Source of the DNA: Escherichia coli
GTDB lineage: Bacteria > Pseudomonadota > Gammaproteobacteria > Enterobacterales > Enterobacteriaceae
DNA: 64,000 bases
Reading direction: 5' to 3' (one strand)
NCBI RefSeq assembly: GCF_044324875.1
Contig: NZ_CP172188.1
Shown piece after piece: positions 55,275 to 64,000 of this stretch. The notes beneath the pieces are model-generated. The model ran no database searches, had not been told where the DNA came from, and was given only the letters and a program-made list of their open reading frames with translations. The translations under genes and the position numbers were made by a program. Position 1 is the stretch's first letter. Every line of letters begins with the position of its first letter.

Positions 55275-57192
55275 CAATCCTTTACGAATTAATATTCAGT
55301 CTACTTTTGCTGATACGATCCCCGGCTATATGCCAAGTCGCTGGTCTTCAGAAGAATTAAGCGAAGATGACCTGATTTTTGAGGCGGCGACCTTAGAAGA
55401 TATTGAGCTTGCCTATATGGGCAATGAAATTCTGGTTGTGTCTGACGAAGCTATGTTTGAGTCCATAACTACAACCAGAATTCGGTTAGCTCAAACAATG
55501 CGAGCTTTCGTCCGTGCGCTGAATCGTGGCCTGAATGGTACGAATATTATGGCAGGGACTGATGAAGCTGGGACCGATGAAAATGGACGTAATTGTATTG
55601 GAGGTGCGATTATCGGTCGTGTACGTCGGGTAGCTAATATCCCTGTTTTGACCGCGCAGATACCGCTTACTGACGGGCAGAGTACAAGCATAATTTTCCA
55701 CTCTCCAACAGCTGACGGGGCAAAAATAAAGAGTAACGACGAGCTTGTTGCATTTCAGTTTTTACTTAATAAACGTAACGTAACTCACGTTGTCGCCCCG
55801 ATTGGTGGGAGAGATGTTTCTTTAAGCCAGGTATGCCAGGCGCTATCTAATTTGATTGAGCGTAACAGCGAAAAATTTAAGAAAGCAAAAGAGCGCCAGG
55901 ACAAAATGAAGGCAGATATTGAGAGTTATCTCAATGAAGCAGATAAACTGGCAGAAGAACGGTCAATAATGATTGATCAGGTGGAAGTTGCGCAACGTGG
56001 GCTGACTGAAAAGCGTGCTGCTCTTACGGAGATGCAAAAAAAACTTGATGCCCAGAAAGCCATCAACGAGGAATTACAAGCAAAACGCGATAAATTGTTG
56101 TCTGCTAAAGGTGAAAAAACGAAAGAACGAGCGTTTAGTGACCAGCTGCGACATGTAAAACATAATCTTGCCATTGACGGAAAAACAGTGCTGGATAATG
56201 GCGCTGAAGTTAATTATGTCACGTCCGGCAGTGATAATTTCGTTACGATAGTAGCACCTGAAGGTAAATTCAGTATTGATGCCAGTGCTGTCAAAGGAGG
56301 CAGTTTGGCAGATGCTGCAACTAAATTACTTAAAGCCTACCGAGAGCATAACGCAGATAAATATAAAGTTGATGTGTTACCAGGCCAGCAGGAAGACCCC
56401 GAACCACCACAGACAGACCCCGAGACGAACCCAGTATCACAACCAGAGAGCCAGGATGTAGGTAAATACCACTATGCACTTCAATCTCGCCCGGCTGGTG
56501 TTGGTGCTGTGCCGGATGGAAATAAAGCCGTGCTTGATCGTCCTGACCAGGCTGATCAGTATTACGAATATGCTCGTCACGGTATCATTACGTATGACCG
56601 TAAACTGACAGATGAAGAAGTCAGCCAGTACGAGTTGCTCTATCTTCCTGATGAAGATGAGCTGAAAGATTTTGCAGGCCAATTGGTTGTGTCCAGCATG
56701 TCGAAACATATTGATGGCTATGTAGACCTGTTTGGCAGTGACCTGAAAACATTCAAGGCGCAAGTGAAAATTCTTTTCCGCAAAGCGTTTCCAAATGTGG
56801 CGTATCCACTTGGTGATGGGGAGAACCTTTTCATTATGGACGTGTATAACGCCCTTCAAAATCATTCAAGCGAAGTAAAAACAGAGCATGTGGTTGAGCC
56901 GGAATCACAACCACAACCAGCACCAGAACAGGAGCCGGAGCCAGAAGAAGTTGGTGAATCAGCAAGTGAAGCTGATCAGGAAGCAGATAAAGCGCTGGAG
57001 TACCTGAAATCCGTGCCGGAGCAGTTTACATCCCGCGATCTGACGGTCATCAGTGCTGAACTTGATCATGTGCAGGAAGCAGCGAACGCTCTAATCAGTG
57101 CAGGTCGATACGACGAGAACGAAGCCACTGTGGGTGCAGCAGTTGACTACCTGATCAATATTCTGGCTGAAATTCAGCAGGGAGGTGTTTAA
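55267..57192 (+). CDS. large protein in the DarA position (possible antirestriction / capsid-associated protein)
   Basis: ~641 aa; assignment by synteny and size only (P1 DarA is ~639 aa as I recall it); start overlaps the upstream stop. Confidence 0.3.
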   Translation: MINNPLRINIQSTFADTIPGYMPSRWSSEELSEDDLIFEAATLEDIELAYMGNEILVVSDEAMFESITTTRIRLAQTMRAFVRALNRGLNGTNIMAGTDEAGTDENGRNCIGGAIIGRVRRVANIPVLTAQIPLTDGQSTSIIFHSPTADGAKIKSNDELVAFQFLLNKRNVTHVVAPIGGRDVSLSQVCQALSNLIERNSEKFKKAKERQDKMKADIESYLNEADKLAEERSIMIDQVEVAQRGLTEKRAALTEMQKKLDAQKAINEELQAKRDKLLSAKGEKTKERAFSDQLRHVKHNLAIDGKTVLDNGAEVNYVTSGSDNFVTIVAPEGKFSIDASAVKGGSLADAATKLLKAYREHNADKYKVDVLPGQQEDPEPPQTDPETNPVSQPESQDVGKYHYALQSRPAGVGAVPDGNKAVLDRPDQADQYYEYARHGIITYDRKLTDEEVSQYELLYLPDEDELKDFAGQLVVSSMSKHIDGYVDLFGSDLKTFKAQVKILFRKAFPNVAYPLGDGENLFIMDVYNALQNHSSEVKTEHVVEPESQPQPAPEQEPEPEEVGESASEADQEADKALEYLKSVPEQFTSRDLTVISAELDHVQEAANALISAGRYDENEATVGAAVDYLINILAEIQQGGV

Positions 57193-57560
57193 TGACCATC
57201 TCTGTTTTAGACCGCCTGAAATTAGGTAAAGAGCTATCAGATCTAATGCAGGCGCAGAAAACTGCGCCAGTATTGCAACGCGTCACCATTGGTAAGCAGA
57301 TTGTTGATGTGATGCTGAAATTGGGCCTGGGGACTGCCGCGCAACCGGCAGCGGAACCGCAACAACAGGCTGATCCTGTTGTAGATGAAGTCCCTAAGAT
57401 AGTGACTGACTTCCTGGGCGGTGTGTTCACAAAGTCCACACAAATGGAATTTATTGATGCGCTGCGTGGGATCTCAAACTATGTTGGCGAGTTCCTTACG
57501 TTGGAGCAGGCTAAAGAGCAGACCATAAGCTGGGTGAAAGCTAACGGTTATGCCGGGTAA
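57192..57560 (+). CDS. hypothetical protein (DdrA-position, tentative)
   Basis: 122 aa; start overlaps the upstream stop. Confidence 0.3.
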   Translation: MTISVLDRLKLGKELSDLMQAQKTAPVLQRVTIGKQIVDVMLKLGLGTAAQPAAEPQQQADPVVDEVPKIVTDFLGGVFTKSTQMEFIDALRGISNYVGEFLTLEQAKEQTISWVKANGYAG

Positions 57561-57642
57561 TCAAAAGGGGCTGAAATGCCCCTTTCACTTATCTGTTCTC
57601 ACATAAATCACACACTTTTTACACTCACAGCTTTCTCTATAG

Positions 57643-59040
57643 TTGGAGTGTATTTTGAACAAATCAGTTACTTCTGCGCTTTCCGAGGCCGCAGATATTA
57701 ACAGCGTCATTGCTCTGGTTTCTTCATTAGAGAGGAAAGAAACACGCCTGGGGCGAAGTAGCTACGTAGTCACCAGCAAAGGTGCAGAGGTAAAGACGGC
57801 TTTTAAGGTCGTTGATGCCAGCAGTCTGATCATTTCGAACAACCTTGACGGTACGATTAACCCGGCCTTCCCGGAAGAACTCCAACCACGAGATCGTACC
57901 CGGCTATCCAGCAAACTCCAGGTTAACCGTATTGCCTCCAATTTACGCCCGGCACAATTAACGGATTCCGGTATGAGCAGCCACGGAGCGCCGATAGTTG
58001 GTCCGGACAACGTTGTTGAATCCGGCAACGGAAGGAGTATGGGTATCTGGCGTGCCTATGAGCAAGGACAGGCGGATGAGTATCGCCAGTACCTGATCGA
58101 CCATGCGAAAGAGTTTGGTCTGAATCCTGACGAAATTTCGCAAATGTCTATGCCTGTACTGGTGCGAGAAAGACTCACAGATGTAGACCGCGCTCAATTT
58201 GCCCGCGATTCAAACATTAGTGATCTGCAAGAGATGGCAGCAAGTGAAAAAGCGTATGCGGATGCGCAATTTCTCACTGAGAGCGTCATGGCGCTATTTA
58301 ATCCTTCAGATGATGGAAATCTGCTGGCGCGGTCCAATGATGCGTTTATTCGTGCGTTTTTGCGCGAAATTGGCGATACAGCGACGGCAGGCTTGCTTAC
58401 TGCCGATGGGCGTCCCACGAAACAGCTTATCGATCGCATCCAGAATGCAATTTTTGCCAAAGCGTACAAGGATGAAAGGCTTGTTCGGCTGGTGTCGGAA
58501 GAGCCAGATCCGGAAATGCGTAATATCCTGACCGCATTAAATACGGCAGCCAGCGATTTTGCGCAAATGCAGTCGCTGTCTGGCGACGCTCACCATGACG
58601 CAGTAACAGGCTTAGTGGACGGTATAGAGCAGGTTAATGGCCTGGATACACAGGCGATAGCAGCACTCCAGGAAGCAATTAATCTTGTTCGTGAAGCCAA
58701 AGACAACGGTCAGGCCGTTGAAGAAGTGATCGCCCAAAGGGGGTTATTCGGCGACAGTACACCGGAAGCTGAGGCATTGGCGTTATTCATCGTAGCAAAT
58801 AATCGCAGTGCGAAGCGTATGGGGGCAGCATTCAAAAAAATGGCGCAAAAAATCAACGACGAGCTGACTCATAAACAACAGGCATTGGGCGATATGTTCG
58901 GCGGTGGCGATGTTGATCTGCGTCGTATTTTGTCTGCTGTATCTGATGAAATTGAGGGTGAATTTGGCGAAGGGAAAGGTCTGAACTTTGCTATGTTTGA
59001 AAATTCTACAGATCTAAATAATTGCCGTACGGAAAACTAA
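57643..59040 (+). CDS. hypothetical protein, possibly virion-associated
   Basis: 465 aa; TTG start (alternative TTG at 57655); segment HGAPIVGPDNVVESGNGRSMGI is faintly ParB/Srx-like. Confidence 0.35.
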   Translation: MECILNKSVTSALSEAADINSVIALVSSLERKETRLGRSSYVVTSKGAEVKTAFKVVDASSLIISNNLDGTINPAFPEELQPRDRTRLSSKLQVNRIASNLRPAQLTDSGMSSHGAPIVGPDNVVESGNGRSMGIWRAYEQGQADEYRQYLIDHAKEFGLNPDEISQMSMPVLVRERLTDVDRAQFARDSNISDLQEMAASEKAYADAQFLTESVMALFNPSDDGNLLARSNDAFIRAFLREIGDTATAGLLTADGRPTKQLIDRIQNAIFAKAYKDERLVRLVSEEPDPEMRNILTALNTAASDFAQMQSLSGDAHHDAVTGLVDGIEQVNGLDTQAIAALQEAINLVREAKDNGQAVEEVIAQRGLFGDSTPEAEALALFIVANNRSAKRMGAAFKKMAQKINDELTHKQQALGDMFGGGDVDLRRILSAVSDEIEGEFGEGKGLNFAMFENSTDLNNCRTEN

Positions 59041-59104
59041 ACCAACCGCTGAAATCACATACTGATTATGCTGCCGCAAAACTGGAAACAATTTGCGGTG
59101 ATTC

Positions 59105-60787
59105 ATGGCAACGAAAGACAAAAACAAAGGCTTTCTGTCAGCATTGAAGAAAGCCTTCAACGGTGGTGATGTTACGCCCGCCGATCCGGTCGTTTTTACG
59201 AGCGGGCATAGTGTCGTTGCTCGTTCCGGCCTGTCTGCTTTACGTCCAGGTATACTGGGGAGCAACAGCGATGGCATGACGAGTGCAGCAGATTCAATTT
59301 CTTTATCCGCTGAACTGCCCGGCGAGCGCCTGCAAAAGTACAACATCCTGGAAACGATGGCTAAAAGCCCGACTATCTCGACGGCTTTAAATATTCACAT
59401 TGCACATGCGCTTGCGCCTTCAAAAAAAACCGGACAAGCATTCATCCTTTCGCCAAAGGATGGTTCCGATGCTGAGGCAGTAAGTAGATGTGAAGAGTTA
59501 ACTGCTGATTTGGGGGCGATGATTAATGACGGACTTCCTTCATGGGCCATGATTATGGCGATCTTTGGGGTGTCTTATGTCCGCCCTTATGCTGAACAGG
59601 GCAGGGGGATAACAGGCATTGAGTCCAGTTATTACACTCTGCCACACTTCGTCCAGGAGTTTTATCGTGGTAGCCAGCTGGTAGGTTTCAGTGGTGATTA
59701 CATCCTGGATACGCATAGTTTGCGCAGAGTAATAACCGAACCGTGGAATCTGGTTTCCATGAAAAATCCCTATTGGACGCCACAGCATAAAGTTATTCCG
59801 GTTAGCTACGGCACAAAAGGGTACTCACTGTTAAGTGATCAGGCTGATAAGCCGTTAATGGAGACGCAGAATTACGGGACTTCATTCCTGGAATACAGCT
59901 ATGAACCTTACCTTAATTTATGTGCTTCGCTCGCCGCGCTGAAATCAACGCGAAATAATGCAGCCAAAATTGACCGCCTGATTGCTCTTACGACGAACAC
60001 ACTGGACCCGGTTAATGCGGCGAACTATACGCGTGGCGTCAGCCAGGCATTGAAGCGTCATAGTGACTTGGTGGCGCAAAGGTCGATTAATGCCAACGCT
60101 ATTCCGACTGTGCTTAACCATCTGATACCTGTTATGGGAGACGGGAAGAACGGCATCACCATTGATACGCAATCCATACCCGCAGATATCAGTGGTATCG
60201 AAGACGTTATGTTTCACCTCCGGCAGCTTGCTGCAAGCCTCGGCATTGACGCAACAATGCTTGGCTGGGCTGATCAGATGAGCGGAGGGCTTGGAGAAGG
60301 CGGCTGGCAGCAAACTGCTATCCAGGCTGCATTGCGTGCGAACTGGATCAGACAGGCCGCCCAGCGAACTATTTATCGGCTTCTGGACATTCACCTCGCT
60401 TATAAATACGGCAAGGTTTACACCGAAACAAACCGCCCTTATGACGTGCAATTCAACTCAATGAACACTGCTATCCAGGAAGAGGAAAACCGAGAACTGG
60501 ATGCACGCGCCAACTTTGTTGCTGTCATCTCCCAAATTATGGACCAGATCCAGAATAACCCGAAACTGGCTGGTAGCGACGCGTTTATGCGTTATCTGTT
60601 CACTGAGCAGTTGCACATCGACGATGACACTCTCAACACCATGATCAAAGAGTTTAAGGCGAATGAATCAGAGCAAAACAACGAGCATGGTATGTACGAA
60701 TCCGCGCCGTTGTCGTCCGGTGACGATCCGGAAAACTGGACGCCAGAACAGTTAATAAACTTTGCAAAATTTGTGATGAGCAATTAA
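59105..60787 (+). CDS. portal-like protein (tentative)
   Basis: 560 aa immediately upstream of a protease/scaffold-like gene; size and position only. Confidence 0.4.
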   Translation: MATKDKNKGFLSALKKAFNGGDVTPADPVVFTSGHSVVARSGLSALRPGILGSNSDGMTSAADSISLSAELPGERLQKYNILETMAKSPTISTALNIHIAHALAPSKKTGQAFILSPKDGSDAEAVSRCEELTADLGAMINDGLPSWAMIMAIFGVSYVRPYAEQGRGITGIESSYYTLPHFVQEFYRGSQLVGFSGDYILDTHSLRRVITEPWNLVSMKNPYWTPQHKVIPVSYGTKGYSLLSDQADKPLMETQNYGTSFLEYSYEPYLNLCASLAALKSTRNNAAKIDRLIALTTNTLDPVNAANYTRGVSQALKRHSDLVAQRSINANAIPTVLNHLIPVMGDGKNGITIDTQSIPADISGIEDVMFHLRQLAASLGIDATMLGWADQMSGGLGEGGWQQTAIQAALRANWIRQAAQRTIYRLLDIHLAYKYGKVYTETNRPYDVQFNSMNTAIQEEENRELDARANFVAVISQIMDQIQNNPKLAGSDAFMRYLFTEQLHIDDDTLNTMIKEFKANESEQNNEHGMYESAPLSSGDDPENWTPEQLINFAKFVMSN

Positions 60788-60800
60788 CCGGAGGGAAATA

Positions 60801-61799
60801 ATGCAATCACTGAATACTGTTACGGATCGCTTCTCCCTGGTAGAGAAAATCCGCAAACACACACCGCAGAACAACCGAAATTACGTCATTCAGTCGGTAC
60901 GAGACACATTCAACTCGCCAGAAACAAAAGAGCGTATCGCGCTGGGTGAGATGTATGGTTATTACGGTCATGGTCGCCGGGCGATGCACTATAACAAAAC
61001 GAAAAGCCTGAACTTGCCGGAAGTCTCTGTTGTGATGGTAGATGGGAAGCCTGTTGTATTGGAGAACGTGCCATCCAACAGGACTATCGACATTTCGATT
61101 GACGACAACGGCATTGTTACCCATACGCAGGAAATACTGGATACAGACACCGGGCGTATTGTTCAGGGGATGATAAATTCTGGCGCCGGTGGTTGGTCAT
61201 GGGCTACATCTGGTCCAGACTCATCGGTATCCCTGGTAAAGTCTTTCCACGGCTTTGATTACGTAACTGTGCCTAACTATATCAGCCTCGACAAGAAAAG
61301 CCTGATGCTTGAATCAGCAGAAGAGCGCGATGCGGCTATTCATGCAGCACTTATCGAACAAGGTTTTACCGATAACGCTGCCACGGATCTGGTTCACCAC
61401 TTTTCAGCGATGAAAAATCAGCAAGCCATGCTCGAGTCTGCACATCGTGAAGCCCTGGAATCAGAATTAATGCTCCTTGAAGCGGAAAATATGCAACTTC
61501 GCGACAAATTACGAAACCAGGCTGCAATGATGGAAAGCCAGGGCGAAGATGCGAAGAAATGCCGCCGTATTTTGCGTGATGCTATCCAGGAAATGCCTGT
61601 TTTTATCAGTGCAGAACAACGCCGGGCGCTCTGCCGTATGCAGTCTGAAGATGATGCTCGCATAGTGGCTGCGATGCTTGAATCTCTGGGGGCAAATGCG
61701 ACTTATGGCTTACCGATATCAGGCAAGAAAGAGGCGGAGTTATCACCGAAGGAGAACAAAAATACCACACCGTTACTCTTCGTTTCGCGACGGGCGTAA
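60801..61799 (+). CDS. prohead protease / scaffold-like protein (tentative)
   Basis: 332 aa; GEMYGYYGHG motif near the N-terminus and a helical C-terminal half. Confidence 0.4.
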   Translation: MQSLNTVTDRFSLVEKIRKHTPQNNRNYVIQSVRDTFNSPETKERIALGEMYGYYGHGRRAMHYNKTKSLNLPEVSVVMVDGKPVVLENVPSNRTIDISIDDNGIVTHTQEILDTDTGRIVQGMINSGAGGWSWATSGPDSSVSLVKSFHGFDYVTVPNYISLDKKSLMLESAEERDAAIHAALIEQGFTDNAATDLVHHFSAMKNQQAMLESAHREALESELMLLEAENMQLRDKLRNQAAMMESQGEDAKKCRRILRDAIQEMPVFISAEQRRALCRMQSEDDARIVAAMLESLGANATYGLPISGKKEAELSPKENKNTTPLLFVSRRA

Positions 61800-61815
61800 C
61801 CGTTACATGAAGTTA

Positions 61816-61828
61816 AATTTCTAACATA
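61816..61828 (-). promoter_or_regulatory. copy of dispersed motif (reverse orientation) after the protease-like gene
   Basis: AATTTCTAACATA = reverse complement of TATGTTAGAAATT. Confidence 0.3.
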
Positions 61829-61911
61829 GTGTATTTATATACACTGTTGATCCTGTTCGATGTGATCGAGTAGGATCGCGGTCACTGCTCCGGTAGCGAC
61901 TGCCAAAAAAG

Positions 61912-61937
61912 CAAAAGCCGCTGAGAAGCGGCTTTTG
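61912..61937 (+). terminator. rho-independent terminator candidate
   Basis: agccgc-tgagaa-gcggct followed by TTTT. Confidence 0.55.
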
Positions 61938-61999
61938 GGTGTATAAATCCTCGGACATAGATTTATACGGTAGATAGATTTTTTTCACGGAACTATCTG

Positions 62000-62962
62000 G
62001 TGAGTATTTTAAATTCAGTTTCAGTAACTTTCAACACTTCTGAGTATAAAAACAACACTGAATACCACAAAAAAATCAAAGGTCATCAGTTGAGTTTTTT
62101 TGCTCGCCACTGTGGTTTTCTTTCCCCTTCACATAGCGCCATTATTGCCGAGTTCGCCAACCTGGCAGGGGCTACCGATGAATACATGATCCGTCGTTCA
62201 TATGCTGATATGTCCGAGATTACAGGACGCAGTATTTCTACTGTGCGCCGGGCATTTGCTGAAGCGACGAAGTGCGGAATGCTTGTTAAGCAACATCAGG
62301 TAGCGAATAACAATGCTCAGGTGTGTAACGTATACCGGTTTACAACACAATTTCTCCACTTCATTCATGTAGCAATGGAGATAGGGGGTAAGCAGGGCAT
62401 CAAATTTGCGAACGCCACAAAACTGGTTAAGCAGTTGATTTCAAATGTTCGGTATTTTTTTGAAACTGGGAACCCCCTGTTCAAATTGAACAAGTCCCCC
62501 CATGTTCAAAATGAACAGCCAATAGAAAATAAGAGTCACTCTATAGCCAAAAGAAGAGAAAGATCATGCGCGGTTCAGCCAAAGGCTTCACCAGCAGATA
62601 GTTCCCAAGCGGATAATGGATTACTGGATAAAAAACCAGTAATCAGGGAGGAACATACCAACCACTGCCTGGCGGCGGCAAAAGCGAGAGCTGCAAAGCG
62701 TCGTTCAGACGAGGGGCACGCAAAACGGCAGGCTCTGTATCGTACCGCTGAAAAGCTGGCAAAAAAATTTGCATGGATACGTAGTGCCGCTACCGCAGTG
62801 AATAAGCCTAAACAATCCAGTGCCCTGGATTTCTCAATGGATTATTCTGGCTCCCAGGGGTGTGCAACCATTGGTGAAGCCTTTGACCTGATGAAACAGC
62901 GTGGCTATCGGTCTGAATTTGACCGGGAGGATTGGTCAATCCCTGCGGGATTTAGGGGATGA
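62000..62962 (+). CDS. HTH-containing protein, possibly a replication initiator or regulator
   Basis: 320 aa; MSEITGRSISTVRRAFAEATKCGML HTH-like; basic C-terminal region; preceded by palindromes and a GATC cluster. Confidence 0.35.
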   Translation: MSILNSVSVTFNTSEYKNNTEYHKKIKGHQLSFFARHCGFLSPSHSAIIAEFANLAGATDEYMIRRSYADMSEITGRSISTVRRAFAEATKCGMLVKQHQVANNNAQVCNVYRFTTQFLHFIHVAMEIGGKQGIKFANATKLVKQLISNVRYFFETGNPLFKLNKSPHVQNEQPIENKSHSIAKRRERSCAVQPKASPADSSQADNGLLDKKPVIREEHTNHCLAAAKARAAKRRSDEGHAKRQALYRTAEKLAKKFAWIRSAATAVNKPKQSSALDFSMDYSGSQGCATIGEAFDLMKQRGYRSEFDREDWSIPAGFRG

Positions 62963-63012
62963 CCTGTGTGTCTACAAAGCATCCCAATGATCGGAAAATG
63001 CTCGCTCGATGA

Positions 63013-63027
63013 TTTGTGTTAGAAAAT
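63013..63027 (+). promoter_or_regulatory. copy of dispersed motif upstream of the module D promoter
   Basis: TTTGTGTTAGAAAAT. Confidence 0.35.
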
Positions 63028-63100
63028 TAATTTGCTGTTTCTAAATCGGAATGTATGATCTGCATCATCGACTGAAGTCATCCATTGCTGAAATTTTTAG

Positions 63101-63129
63101 TTGATCTTCCATGTTTTCAGGCTTATATT
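63101..63129 (+). promoter_or_regulatory. sigma70-like promoter of module D
   Basis: TTGATC-17-TATATT, identical to module B. Confidence 0.5.
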
Positions 63130-63135
63130 CATGCC

Positions 63136-63375
63136 GTCGTAGCAAATTCTGCGACCAGGTTTGACAGCCTGAATGTTAGTGCGGACAACCGCAGATTTCC
63201 GATATTGCGGTATTTTTGTGTCCGTAAACCGCGTTACGCCCGAATTATGGTGGGGCGTGATGGGGAGGCTTCGGCCTGCTGGTTTCACTAACGCCAGTCT
63301 GTCAACCCTGTCACGTCCTGCCACCTGTTTGACAGCGGGTAGCAGGTTGTTAAACCTGTTAGTGAGGCCGTAACT
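63136..63375 (+). ncRNA. structured leader with a c4-like antisense regulator (module D)
   Basis: TTGACAG/GTTAGTG at 63161-63181 and 63329-63364; complementary CACTAAC/CTGTCAA at 63286-63305. Confidence 0.5.
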
Positions 63376-63600
63376 ATGGTTAATGCCAATCCTTGCTCAC
63401 GTCCAGAATTCATCTGGCGTTTCCACTCCCTGCAAAAACACTGCGATCACTTCGCAATTGCCGCAACCGAAAAAGAAGCCCGTTCTCTGATCCCTGATCA
63501 GCATGGTGTTCTTACTGGTCGTTTCTCTACTTCCCCACAACCAAACACTAATCCCTGGTATCGCAATATTACCAATCCCGGCATTGCGGAGGCACACTGA
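63376..63600 (+). CDS. small protein upstream of the antirepressor (Icd-position ORF, module D)
   Basis: 74 aa, near-identical to the module B copy. Confidence 0.65.
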   Translation: MVNANPCSRPEFIWRFHSLQKHCDHFAIAATEKEARSLIPDQHGVLTGRFSTSPQPNTNPWYRNITNPGIAEAH

Positions 63601-64000
63601 TGGATATCTGCATTCTTGAAAAGCCATCAATGACCAGCATTGAGATCGCGGAGCTGGTGGGAAAACGTCATGACAATGTGAAGCGTACCATTGAAACATT
63701 AGCCGAATCCGGCGTTATTGTTCGTCCTCAAATTGAGGATGAACCAAAAATAGATGTAATGGGGCGTTCTCGATTAATTCAGGTGTTCCGATTTAGCGAC
63801 GAGCAAGGCAAACGAGACAGTATCATTGTAGTCGCACAGCTTTGTCCTGAGTTTACTGCCCGGCTGGTGGACCGCTGGCGCGAACTGGAAGAACAAGTAC
63901 GCCAGCCGTTGACCGAAATAGAGATGATCGCCGCAATGGCTGCAAATGCAGTTCAGCAGCAAAAGCGGCTTCATGTTGTTGAGTCAAAGGTTAGCCAGGT
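63600..64000 (+). CDS. phage antirepressor-type protein (Rha-like N-domain), module D, truncated by the window end
   Basis: MDICILEKPSMTSIEIAELVGKRHDNVKRTIETL...; frame open to position 64000. Confidence 0.6.
   Translation, partial: MDICILEKPSMTSIEIAELVGKRHDNVKRTIETLAESGVIVRPQIEDEPKIDVMGRSRLIQVFRFSDEQGKRDSIIVVAQLCPEFTARLVDRWRELEEQVRQPLTEIEMIAAMAANAVQQQKRLHVVESKVSQ

Noticed and set aside
1-64000. tRNA genes, integrase or excisionase, CRISPR-Cas, restriction endonuclease
   Set aside because: I looked for T-loop-like GGTTCGAATCC-type sequences, tyrosine/serine integrase motifs and Cas-like ORFs and found none. The only site-specific recombinase is the small invertase at 53103-53675.

Overview
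The window reads as a large part of a phage-plasmid from an enterobacterial host, with an organisation reminiscent of phage P1 but carrying different maintenance modules and extra cargo. Plasmid functions: a RepE-type iteron replicon (39084-40125), ParM/ParR with parC-like iterons (24530-26032), and ParA with a small ParG-like protein (23323-24244). Phage functions: baseplate and spike genes, a sheath-like protein, a 1354-aa tape-measure-like protein, a tail fibre followed by a Cin/Gin-type invertible segment and invertase, a holin-like / DarA-like operon, portal-like and protease-like genes, spanins, Ref-like and RdgC proteins, and Dam plus a C5-methyltransferase-like gene. Cargo: an IS200/IS605 element (tnpA/tnpB), an IS21-family element (istA/istB), two HigB/HigA pairs plus a decayed higA-like gene, AT-rich genes of unknown function, and a complete glnS embedded between phage and plasmid genes. 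The most striking feature is four paralogous modules of the type promoter - structured leader RNA - 71-74 aa ORF - translationally coupled antirepressor (P1 immI c4-icd-ant layout). Three of them share a leader in which short complementary elements co-vary between copies, implying antisense regulators of different specificity. A 13-bp motif (TTGTGTTAGAAAA) recurs at many intergenic sites and looks like a dispersed operator. All protein assignments come from reading the translations against remembered families; no database search was run, and coordinates of non-coding features are approximate.
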